Below the pieces are notes generated by a model. The model did no database searches. It was given only the letters and a program-made list of their open reading frames with translations, and was not told the origin of the DNA. A stretch of DNA of 64,000 nucleotides. It comes from Leptogorgia sarmentosa (Eukaryota). Every line of letters starts with the position of its first letter. The first letter of the stretch is position 1. A program made the position numbers and the translations under genes. Positions 13,959-25,309 of the stretch are shown here, one piece after another. The DNA lies in contig OZ210885.1 of NCBI GenBank assembly GCA_964658305.1, positions 18,042,001 to 18,106,000 of the forward strand, in the 5' to 3' direction.

Positions 13959-14519
13959 GGTATGTAAATCTATTGTTAGCGAGTTCACTTCCATAATATA
14001 ACCAATTATGCCAATTAACCAAATTACAGGCCGCACAATTGACCTGTATGTAAAATCATGAATCTGGGTATAGTAGGGTATAGTATACACTATTATAACA
14101 AATTGCTACCATTGTAAAGGATGGTAGTATTTAAAATGAGAACTGAAAACTGACTCACATGTGCAGAATCAACATTTTCTCCAATAAAAGTCCATGGTAT
14201 ATTTTCACCTTTGTTTTCATTCTATGCACCATTAATTTAATAAATAAAATAGTAGAAAAAAAAATGTATCATCCCCTCAGTTGATCACGAGCCTTTTGAA
14301 ATCAATTTTCGTCCTCAGACACCCAGGAAATAGGGATCCCTAGTGAGGGAATATTCCAATTGCACCATAATTTTTCAGGAATTTTACATTTACTTTAGCC
14401 CTCTAACCACTGCATGGACACATCATAACAAAATACCATCCAACACTAAATTTAACCCTAGTCTGATTACAAACTCTTTTTGAGTTTTTCCAAGTACAAT
14501 GCAGTATCCAAGGACTCTC

Positions 14520-15225
14520 TATAATTGGGACTCTCCATAATTTCTACAGGGCATTTAAACTCCAACAATTCAAAAATCCTATCCTTTGTTGCTCGTATAG
14601 CAGTAGCAGTGAGGGCCATAAATGGCACATCTGACAAAGACCTTGCCTCATTGATTTTACTATACCATTTTCGAAACACATTTCTCTCGTCATTTGATCA
14701 AGAAATACCCCAATCGGTCATGCAATGTACTTCATCCACAACAAGACCCACCAGCCTGTCTTGATATACTTTAGACGAAAGCATGTTTCTCCATCTTTCA
14801 TTTGAAAGAGCGGACTCTGGTGACAGGAAAATGTAAGTGTATAAGCCTTGTTCAATTTCCTTCAGCGTCCCGACATTCTGATCTACACCGATATATGAAG
14901 CTTTTAGTCCATAGCTTGTCAGTATCTGTACTTGATCTTGTATCAATGACAAGAGTGGACAAATGAGAATTATAATAGCATCTTTCTTGAACCGAATACT
15001 TGTACTTCGTTCGTGATTATATAACATCCAGCTATGAACGAGAGGGATGAGATGAAATATTAAGGATTTCCCAACACCAGTTGGCAAACTGACATAGACT
15101 TCCCTTCCAGAAATAAACCAATACAAAGCTTCAAACTGATTTTCCTTTATATATGGTATGTTAAATAATGGAAGCAGAGCTTCCACGCAAGCATGGAGTT
15201 GTTCACGCTGTATTTCGCCAGCCAT
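14520..15225 (-). pseudogene. RecQ-like SF2 helicase N-terminal half, probably from an AcademH transposon
   Basis: Motifs LPTGVGKS, ICPLLSLIQDQV, SPE, VVDEVHC and MALTATA. In-frame stop at 14698; truncated after motif III. An Academ-like TAGCCTGCG terminus lies at 15408 on the minus strand. Confidence 0.8.
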
Positions 15226-15408
15226 TTTGAAAATGAATTCGCATATTTAATTGCTGTTTATGCATAATTATCGATTAGCCAACCAACGCCAGTGTCCAGA
15301 TTCAGGACACTGGTACGTCATCAGTATGGAATGTTGTTTGTTAAATCGCAGACGTCTCTCTCGTGCGTTAATTTACGGACGATGTGAGACGTCTGTATTC
15401 GCAGGCTA

Positions 15409-16272
15409 TATTTAGAGATGAGTAGTAAACCTTACCATAACTGAATGTTTCTCCGAATTCTGTACCTTGGACTTCACAAGCCATACTCTGAGCAAAATTG
15501 CGAGAAAGGGCATTGAGTTGAACTGACTTTCGTGTATGCAGTTTGATGGATTTAAAAAGTGCCTCGATTCCTCTTTTTTCCGTCTCCAGATATTTTTTAA
15601 TGACATACTTTCCTTCAGGCATACCAGCAATGGATTTTGCCAAGAAAGCTTCATGGAAAGCCCCACTGGCAAAGGGTTTTCTCTCCATTGAAACTGACAC
15701 ATCAAAAGGTTCCAACCACTCCATTCTTGAGATGCAAAATCTTCGAGCCGAAGAGTTACCACATCAACTTCTGGTACGATGACTTTGCCTAATTTCAGCA
15801 TCTCACTTAGTGATACTGAACGCATGACAGATGGTGACGGTTTGACACTGACAGATGTTGTTTGCCTTGACCTTGGGTTTGACTTCTGAAAACAGCTTTT
15901 CGAGGGGCTTTCATCTGCTGGCTCGCTGTGACCTTGTGCGTTCGAGAACTTTCATTCGTTGGGTGTTCTACAGCTTCCACAAAGCGTACATGCAAAACTT
16001 TCCAGTTCAGTTCAAGCACATCACATTCCAATTCTGTATTGAAGTTTTTAGTGTAAATTAAGTTTTTCTAGGGTGAGTTCTTTTTCAAAAGGAACTAACG
16101 TAAGTGGCCCAATGTGAGAATATTTTTGGCATTTGCCCTCCACGTTCGCCGACAAACGCTGAACAGTAAGCCCACCCTTTGGTCCAGTTGCTGCTGTTTC
16201 CTCACCTTTTCGCATTCTTTTCTTTGCTACCTTCTCTTTGTAATTATCCCAAGCTGGTTTTCTCTTGGACAT
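15409..16272 (-). pseudogene. Alpha-kinase (eEF2K/MHCK/TRPM-kinase fold), copy 1; frameshifted and truncated
   Basis: PFASGAFHEAF, YVIKKY, HTRKSVQLNALSRNFA and FSYGKVYY. The N-terminus (TVQRLS...VPFEKELTL...CDVL) is homologous to copy 2. Confidence 0.8.
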
Positions 16273-17385
16273 GACAAAAATATACTTTAGAGGGTTGAAA
16301 TATTTTAATATATGTAAATTTAGGCAAAGCAAATACTTCTGAGCACGTGTTCTGACAGTGTTTTATTGTTTTGACCATGAGCATGCCATGTTTCCACCTG
16401 ATCTAACTAAACTTCCCAATTGTTAAGTCGGGTAAATCCCCAACCTCGTACCCAGGGGTAAGTCGGGTGTGATATAGCCGCGAAATTGCTATGGCGTTAG
16501 TGGGCCACTATACACTACATACATGCATACTTGCATTTATAATAATTCAAAATATATATCCCTGGATAATATTCAAAAGTGGTTTATGACATGCCCTTTA
16601 GATGTTTATGGGGATATGTTTGCATTATTCAGAGGCAGGTTTTATGTCATTTAAATCAATTTTATGACATAAATCAAGTAGCCTTTGTCAAAAACTCAGC
16701 CACAGTATCAAAATTGTACGACTTTTAAAAAGTAAAAACCATCAAATGACAAAAGATCAAAACGTACATATAACCCCATATATACACACCTAAAATGTAT
16801 ACATTAAGGCATAAACCAATTAATAGTTGCATATTATTATTTATTTCAAATAATTCAAGAGTTTTGATTGGTTAAGAGCAGTGCATTAAATCTTCATATA
16901 CGACATTATGACATAATTATGTTGTATATTGAAAATTATACGACATTATCACGTCGACTAATTTATTCTGCATATGCCAAAAGCGGGAAAATTGTGGAAA
17001 ATACAAATGGCTTCCTCAAAGGAAAGGTTCTTCCAAACGTTTATATTGAGTTGAAATAAATTTGTTTGATTTAATTTTTGTTTAGCTATGTTGAATTGCT
17101 CTGACTGCGACCTTGAAGCTACGGATACACGGGCAATATTTTTCAGGCGACTGCAACGCACTCGCAGTAAAATCGTTGTGTTGCCGTCGCGAGACAGAAG
17201 TTGCTCGTGTACCACACTCCGCGACGGAAACGCAAAGCATCTAGCAATTGTTGCCAAAATTTCAAACCATTGAACTTTGGGCAACGATTGCCGTAGAATT
17301 GTAGGCGTGGTCAAGCAAGGTCACGAGCAAGCAACGAATTGAGCCCACGGGGTTCTTCTATTGTTGTCCTGCAATCTTTCCACAA

Positions 17386-18257
17386 ATGTGCAAGATGGCG
17401 TCTTCATCGCCATCGAGAATTTGTTCGGATGAAATTACGGAATTAGATAAAATGAAGAAAGATGACATTCAAGCGTTAATTGAGCATTACAGAGATAATC
17501 CAATACTATGGAATACTACGCATTTGCAGTATAGAAACAAGGAACTAAAAACAAAAGTGAAGACTGACCTTGTGAAACATTTGGGAAATAGGTATTCAGT
17601 TGACGTTTTAGACAAGAAATTCCATAGTTTACGCACATCCATGCGACGGGAAGTGAAAAGAGAATTGGAAGCAGATGAGAGTTGCGAAGAACCCTGTAGT
17701 AAAAAAGCTAAGAAGAAACCTTGGCAATATTTTGAAGCGATGTCTTTCATGAAAGATGAAGTTGAGAGGTTTGTAATTATCATTTCCATATTAATTGTTT
17801 ACTTTACTATACATATTTAAAGCACATGTACCTATTCACTGTGATAAAAAAATCTTTGAAAGAGTTTTAAAATAATATGCACTTTAAAATTAAACATCAC
17901 ACTGTTGTTACCAGATGTGTGGAAATCTAGTACAGTGATATTGATGTTGGGTTCAAGTGAAATGATAATTTATGGTGATAAATTTTGTAATAGACATGCA
18001 AAAAGAAAAGGATGCAAAAGAAATGGCCTTGACTGATGATGATAAGGAAACTTTGATAACATTTTATAAAGAGCATCCAAATTTATGGGATTCAAAGCTG
18101 GCAGATTATAGAAATCGAGATCTAAGAAGAGTGAATTTGGAATACTTAGCACAAATGTTAAATCATAAGTATTCTATTGATAAAATACAACAGGAGTGGC
18201 ACAACTTGATAACAATTTATGAACGAGAACGTGCAAGGCATGAAGGCAGCAAAAAAT
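17386..18257 (+). CDS. Tandem MADF (Myb/SANT-like) domain protein, two exons, truncated; typical PIF/Harbinger accessory ORF
   Basis: LIEHYRDNPILWN...YRNK...KKFHSLRT...WQYFEAMSF and LITFYKEHPNLWD...YRNR...W.NL.T.Y.RE. Confidence 0.7.
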
Positions 18258-18269
18258 GTATGATCAGTT

Positions 18270-19000
18270 AGGTTCCCAATTGGCCAAAGCACTTATTGGC
18301 TTCCATGCCTTTACTGGTTAGTGCTATATATTATATCCAGCTTATTATGTATATTTTCCTAAGTTATCGTGTTGGCATTAAGTAGTGGGTATGCATCTTT
18401 AAAAATTACAAAAATGGTATTTCTTTTCTGTTTTCAGGATGCGATAGTACCAGCGCGTTTCAAGGAAAGGGGAAGTTGCCTGCCTCAAGTTGTTAGAACA
18501 GAATCCTAATTTTGTAGATTCATTCAGGGATCTCGGATCTTGCTTTACACCAACTTCGAATTTGGAACAGGCACTTGAAGTTTTTGTGTGTCGTCTTTAC
18601 AAGCAAGATGTTGACACCGTCAATGATGCAAGGTTCAAGCTATTCTGTTTGGGAAAATATGCTGGTAATCAAATGCCATGTACGAAGGATGCTCTCGGTA
18701 AGCATGTTAAACGAGCTGCTTATCAAGCAGCCATCTGGCACAGAGCACTACAACCTGTTGTGGATTATCCAGAGATGACCAACCATGGCTGGCTGGTAAA
18801 AAAAAGAAACGGATGTGAAAAACTAGATTGGATGGATCTTCTGCCGGCTCCAGATGGTATTTTAGAAAATGTGGATTGTGCCTGTAGGAAAGGATGCTCC
18901 ACTAATCGCTGTTCATGCTTTAAAGCAGGCTTACAGTGTACGAGCATGTGCAAATGCCAAGATTGCACAAATGCAACGAAGATGAAGAAAGTGACAGTGG
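18270..19000 (+). mobile_element. Academ-type transposase C-terminal fragment (XPG-like helix motif plus CXC/tesmin-like domain)
   Basis: LIGFHAFTG spliced to CDSTSAFQGKGK; HVKRAAYQAAIW; GW; CACRKGCSTNRCSCFKAGLQCTSMCKC. Confidence 0.7.
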
Positions 19001-19403
19001 GAGCAGCTGCTTCGACAGTGATGGAGAAAGTGTTGGGGAATCTGATGGGGACTGATATGAAGCTATGCGTGCTAAAACGAGCGAAGATTTCATAATAAAA
19101 TATATTAAAATCTCCATTATGTGGTTGTTCTTAGAATTTTCCCCCTTGCTATATCATTTTCAGTGTAATTTAATGATAATAATTAATTTTGATGGATTAT
19201 TTTGCCATCAAATCTTCTTAATCCGAAATATGTCAAATATTGCATGGGAGTATTATACAGAGATCATAATGCAATGTAAGGAACCTTTCTATTCTTATCT
19301 ATAAACAAACTCTGGTAAGTAAAGCTGCAGAAGATGTTTATTTACAATTTTTTAATATGTAGAAACCAGTAATCAGTATCTACGAGCATAAGGCACAGAC
19401 TGC

Positions 19404-20519
19404 ATGATTGCAAGCAAAGTCAAGGCTACATATTGCGCCTGCTGTTTAGAAAACCACCAGGATGGCGGTGAACACTTTCATGTGAGCATTAAGTTAACTG
19501 GTCCAAAGCGGTGGTTGCCTGCTAAGAAATACCTGTCCAAGCATTACGACATAAGTGTTCACTTTTTCAGGCAATCATGACCCATATTATTCTGCATATC
19601 AGTATGTCTCTAAGTCGGACACGAGCGTTTTTCATAGTCGTGAGCACCCTAACTTGAAGGATGTTGGTTCTCCAAAAACTAAGAGGTATTCAGGCCAACC
19701 GAAATAAGCAAAAAAGCAGCTCACAAGACCGACCATCGTCAACCGCATACAATAAGCAACAAAGACTAACAAATTTAAACGTCACCAAGTTTCTTGTTGA
19801 AAACAACATTAAAACAGAGACTGAACTTTTCGCACACGCAAAAATTAAAGAGGCTGGCAAAAAAGACCTAGCAAGTTTTTGCTTGAACCGCTTCAGCAAG
19901 TCCTTGCAGGATCTGATTACCAATACTACATGGAAAATGGAAGGGGCATCTGCAGAGCTTAAGAAGGAGGTTTCTCGCATAGATGTAGTCCAAGCGGCAA
20001 TGTGCACCGGAGTGTCAAGGTTCGTGGTTGGAGTGTGCAACTCAGGTGCTCGACCAGAACAGTGTGAAACTAGTCGAATTTGCTAGCTCTGTGCGTGAAT
20101 TTTTAACAAACGGCAGTGGTAAAACCTGTAACCTATTTATCATTGGTCCAACAAATTGCGGCAAAACATTCATTTTGGGACCACTACAAACTATGTTCAA
20201 CACCTTCAGCAACCCTGCTAACGACAAGTACGCTTTTGTTGGGGTAGCGGACGCGGACATAATTTTCCTAAACAACTTTCGATGGGACAGGGAAATGATA
20301 CCATGGAGGGATTTGTTGTTGTTACTGGAAGGCCAGCCGGTGCACTTTCCTACGCCGAAGAACCACTACAGAGATGACATTTGTCTGACACGCGACACCC
20401 CGATGTTTGCAACAGGTAAAGTTGTTACCACTTTCAAAGGTCCCTACAACGCTCGCGACCCGATCGAAGATGAAATGATGGCGAGTCGGTGGAAGGTTTT
20501 CAAGTTTTTCCACATCTAA
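19404..20519 (+). pseudogene. CRESS-virus-like Rep fossil: HUH endonuclease plus SF3 helicase
   Basis: ENHQDGGEHFHV (RCR motif II), YQYVSKSD (motif III), GPTNCGKT (Walker A), IIFLNNF (degenerate Walker B). Several frameshifts. Confidence 0.75.
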
Positions 20520-23442
20520 GTGCCTCGAAGTTCTGGAACCAGTGCTTCCTTTCTCTGCGAACCAACCAAAATACTCTCCACCTGTGTAAGGTTTCAGTCG
20601 GTTGATGTGCACGACTTTGGGCTTTGCCTGGGGCCCCTTCTTTATTTGAACGACAACGTCATTTATTTGCTTCACTACAACGTAAGGGCCCTCCCAATTT
20701 CTGCTCAACTTCGGTGATCTTCCCTTTTTTCGTTGTGGGTTATGAAGCCAAACACCTGTGGCAACTTCATATTTTCCTGCCATAGCCTCCACGTCATAAT
20801 AGGGCCATTTATACGAGGAAGAATAAGCCGCGGCTTAAATAGGCCGCGGCTAAAATAAGTCGCGAACGTCTGTATAAACGCACAATTTCTTCGCGACCAA
20901 AATAAGCCGCGGCTAATTTTAGCCCAGGGTTCCTGCCTCGTCTTAAATTAGCCGCGGCTTATTTTAGTCGCGAAGAAATTGTGCGTTTAAACGGTTACGT
21001 TCGCGACTTATTTTAGCCGCGGCCTATTTAAGCCGCGGCTTATTCTTCCTCGTATAAATGGCCCTAATGTTGCTTCATCACCCCAGAACTGATTTTTAAG
21101 TGTATATGCACTTCGTCCATCTTTTCTTGAAAATTCTGTGCATACATCGGGCTGCTTCGAGGCATCTCACCACCTTCCGGCATCCTGCCCAAACATCAAT
21201 AGGCAATTTCATCTCTCTACCAAGCATCATCCGGGATGGACTAATCTTCGTTGCTACGTGTTATGCACTACGATATGCCATTAACAACAGAGGAATATGC
21301 ATGTCCCAGTCGGTTTGATGAGCATTCACAAACATCGCCAATCCATCTTCTATGGTCTTGTTAAAACGTTCCACCATTCCATCCGGTGTTGTTCTCGTTT
21401 TATTAATTCTAAGTAACCGACAAACTTCTCGAAAAGTTTCAGATTCGAAATTCCTCCCTTGATCAGAATGTAACTCCATAGGGATCCCAAACCGAGTGAA
21501 GAACTGGTTGACCAACACTTCTGCGACTGTAACCGCTTGTTGATCTGGAAGAGCAAAGGCTTCTGGCCACTTCGTGAAATAATCTTGAGCAATGAGTATA
21601 TACAACACGTCGATAGCTATCCTCTCCATCGGCAAACCTACGCTGCACAATTTCAACAGCGCTTTGGCTCTTCTAGGATATCCTTTACGCGACACACATT
21701 TCTCACATTTTCTGCACCAGTTCTCCACTGACCATCTTACGTTTATCCAATAGAAACGTTGTCGAACGCGAGCTAATGTTTTCTTCACGCCGAAGTGTCC
21801 TGCCGTTGGAGATGTAGATTTCGCAAAACATCATCTCGAATCTGTTAAATAGAGATACTTCACTTCACATCCACTTGCATCCTCCCAGCTGACGTCAATA
21901 AAGGATCCCATCCACCACATCAATTGATGCCCACTGTGCCCAATGTCTTTCCCTTCTGGTGTTAATCTTCCATTCCATCACATGTCTAATATCTGGATCT
22001 TCCACTTGCTTCGTCCTGAGCTCTTCCTTTGTCCAAATTTGAAACAGCAGTTCTTTTGGGTTTATGGTCACCCCCCTTGAAATTCCATTTCCACGTGTAC
22101 CCCTTTCTTCTTCCTCACTTATCGCTTCGTTTTCATTATCTTTATCTTCTAAAGCCGAACAGAACTTGCATGCTGACTAATAACATGGACGTCTTGACAA
22201 AGCATCTGCATTGACATGACTTCTTCCTGCACGATGCACGATCTCAAAGTCATATTCTTGTAACTTCTGCAACCAACAAGCAATCTGTCCTTCTGGCTGG
22301 CTGAAATTGAACAATCACCTTAATGAAGCATGATCAGTTCTCACCACAAATCGTTGACCATAGAGATAATAATGAAACTTTTCTGTTGCTTTGACCACTG
22401 CCAATAACTCTTTTCCCGTCACACAGTAATTTCGTTCTCTTCTGCTCAGACTTCGACTAAAGTATGCGACAACTCTTTCTATTCCATTTTGCTCTTGAGA
22501 TAAGACAGCGCCAATTTCTTTCTCGCTCGCATCCGTGTCTATCGTAAATCTGCCTGACACAATTGGGTAGGCCAACACTGGGGCTGCCGTTAAAAGATGC
22601 TTCAATTCACCAGATGCTTCAATTCACCAAATGCTTCCTCACATTGTTCAGACTAGTCAAACACAGTTTCTTTCTCGGTGAGTTTATGCAATGTCAGCAA
22701 ATGACTTAATGAACTTGCGATAGTACAAGCAAAGTCCTAGAAATCCCATTAAATCTCGTTTGTTCGTAGGTCTTGGCCACGTAGTCACAGCTTCAATTTG
22801 GTTGGTTCCGTTGAAATTCCTTCCTGGGTCACAATATGTCCCAGATAGAGCACTTTCTGTCTGAACAGCTTGCACGTCTTCGGTTTCAATTTAAGGTTGG
22901 CTGCTCGAAAACGACCAAAGACTTCGCGTAGATTAAGTATCTGTTCTTTGAATGTCTTTCCATGTACCAAGATGTTGTCTAAGTAGAGAAGACACACGCT
23001 CCAAGGCAGACCAGCCAAGACTAACTCCATCAACCTTTCGAATGTAGCGGGGGGCGTTGCATAACCCAAATGGCATAACGGTTAACTGCCACAACCTGTA
23101 ACCTGTCGAGAACGCCGTTTTTTCTCTGTCACATTGTTCCAAGTCCACCTGCCAATAACCACTCTTCATGTCCAGGGTTGAAAACCACTTCGAGCCAGCT
23201 AACACGTCAAGTGTCGTATCGATTCCAGGGAGCGGGTAGGAATCTTTCTTCGTCACATCATTTAACTTTCTGTAATCAACACAGAACCTGTTTGTGCCGT
23301 CCTTCTTCTTCACCAAGACAATAGGCACTGTCCAGGGACTGCTTGAAGGTTCGATAATTCCTTGCTCATCCATTCCTTTAATCGCCTCTTGTGCAATGTC
23401 CGCCTTCGCCAGTGGTAGACGCCGAGGTTGTTGTTTGATCAA
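20520..23442 (-). mobile_element. Ty3/Gypsy LTR retrotransposon pol remnant (RT, RNase H, integrase, GPY/F)
   Basis: FCVDYRKLN, LDMKSGYWQ, YLDN, DTDAS, RTDHASL, HSDQGRNFES, GMVERFN and WEGPY, in RT-RH-IN order with many frameshifts. No LTRs seen. Confidence 0.93.
20801..21065. mobile_element. Palindromic Tourist/PIF-Harbinger-like MITE inserted in the Gypsy remnant
   Basis: agggccatttatacgagg...cctcgtataaatggccct, an almost fully self-complementary 265 bp flanked by AAT on both sides (3-bp TSD). Confidence 0.88.
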
Positions 23443-23649
23443 TCTTGTGTGAAGTTAAAGATGTTCGACCGTCCATTTTAATCGCTCTCATATTCGTTCT
23501 GCTTTGCTCATAATGACACAAAAAACATGTCATTCAACAGCTGAGACCCTGATCTTTATGACCATGCAAAAATTATGTTCGTACACCCAGTAATTAATGC
23601 ACAATGGCATGCCAAAGTTGGATTACCTTTTTTTTTGAGACACCCTGTA

Positions 23650-24736
23650 CAGTTTGGAGTGCCGCAGGGATCCATTTTGGGGCCTGTGCTGTTTAATTTG
23701 TATGTAAATGATTTGGAACCAGATTTTTGCTATCAGTATGCCGATGATACAGCCTTGTATCGACATAGCATCCCTTCAAAGATATATGAATGTGCTAAGA
23801 AACTTCAGGATGCAATGACTGTGCTTGAAAACTGTGCAGTAGAATCAAATCTCGCTCTCAATGAGACAAAAACCAAACAAATGTTCATAACAACCTCGAA
23901 AATGTCCAGAGTACATGGGCTTGACACCGTTATCCCTGATATCAGAGTCAAAGCACAAACATTAGAGAAAGTTGAAGAATTTTTAGGCACATGGTTTAGT
24001 GATAACCTCAAATGGGGATGTCACATAACACATAACTTCATCTTGTTACGCAGTTCTCTCCACCTTAAAGAAATTAAGAAATCTTACACCATTCCAAATC
24101 AAAAAACAGTTGGCAGAATCTTTGATACTTTCAAAATATTTTATAATATAGTCGTCTATCACCCACCACCCGCAACCCAACTAAGGAAACTACAGCACGT
24201 CCAAAACGCAGCCGCAAGCTTTGTAACCAACAAATACTGTCGTATAAGAGATGTGTTGTCATTGGGATGATACATGAAAGAACCGAATTTGAACTTATGC
24301 ATTTCGCGCACAAGTCCATATGGGATCATTCTTGGCCTCAATACCTGAGATTAGAACTGTGTACTAACAATCGACTACTTCGATCAAGTAATGCCCCATC
24401 GTTAATGGTACCACTGTAAACAGGATCATTCCAGGATTGTTGTGCGAAGATTTTTTATGAACTGCCTACACATTTGAGAAATGTTCACGATTACAGACCC
24501 TTTTTGAACACACTCAAAATTCTCCTTCTGAATAAGGCTTGAGAACGAATCGAACATTTTAACATTTTGGCTATTTGATTCAATTTTTAGCTTAACTATT
24601 TCATATACATTAATCTCCTTTTACTATTTTTCCAAATATCATATATACATATATATTTATCTTAGTTTAGGTATTAAGGATGTAGAGCTACCATGTAGAT
24701 ATACCTTAATAAATTCGTTATTATTATTATTATTAT
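23650..24736 (+). mobile_element. 5'-truncated CR1/L2-group LINE (RT C-terminal half, 3' UTR, (TTA)n tail)
   Basis: GVPQGSILGPVLF, YADDT, LNETKTK and LQHVQNAAA; AATAAA followed by a TTA repeat at about 24710-24736. Confidence 0.85.
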
Positions 24737-25309
24737 AGCGGATTGTAAATTACCTGACATAAGTGAGATTTACAATTTTATATGTATACTAAAAAAGTTT
24801 ATTAATAAAGTGTCCATTATTATTATTATAATAATATCAACACCATGGCAACAACAGTCTACAATTATTTCAGCGAGCATTTTGCATATGTCGACAACAA
24901 CAGCTCTAGTATGGTGGCCCATTGTTATCATAGTGATTTGAACAAAACATGCAGTAAAAATACTTTTAAAAAATATATATTGAAAAAAATGGATTAAAAC
25001 CCAGATAAAAATACTTTAAAAAAAGTTAAGCAACTTAAATTAAAAATAAATTTAAAAAGTAAAGGAAAAACATTTTAGAAATAATTATAATGAAAAACAT
25101 TTAGAAGAAGATTTGAACAAAAATGTAATTTTCATTTTCAAACTGAAAATGAAATGTTTCAAAAAGTAGCCCAGCGTTATCATAGACCATAATGCACTCG
25201 GTCCCGCTCTTTAGACAACTAAGGCTTACATGAAGTATTTGCCTGCTTTGAATGTTGAGGTCTGAATGCAACAAAAATGACTGCTTTTGACTGAAAATAA
25301 TATGAAACT

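Noticed and set aside
14467..16272. RecQ plus alpha-kinase as a two-gene defence operon
   Set aside because: An Academ-like terminus at 15408 separates them and truncates the kinase; both are pseudogenes.
17386..19095. Single MADF-CXC fusion gene
   Set aside because: There is an abrupt junction near 18260 into the middle of an Academ-type domain; two unrelated remnants are more likely.
23575..23650. N-terminus of the 231-aa ORF as part of the LINE RT
   Set aside because: The segment ends in gagacaccctgta, which looks like a lone Tc1/mariner TIR plus TA. No partner end was found, so it is not listed as a feature.
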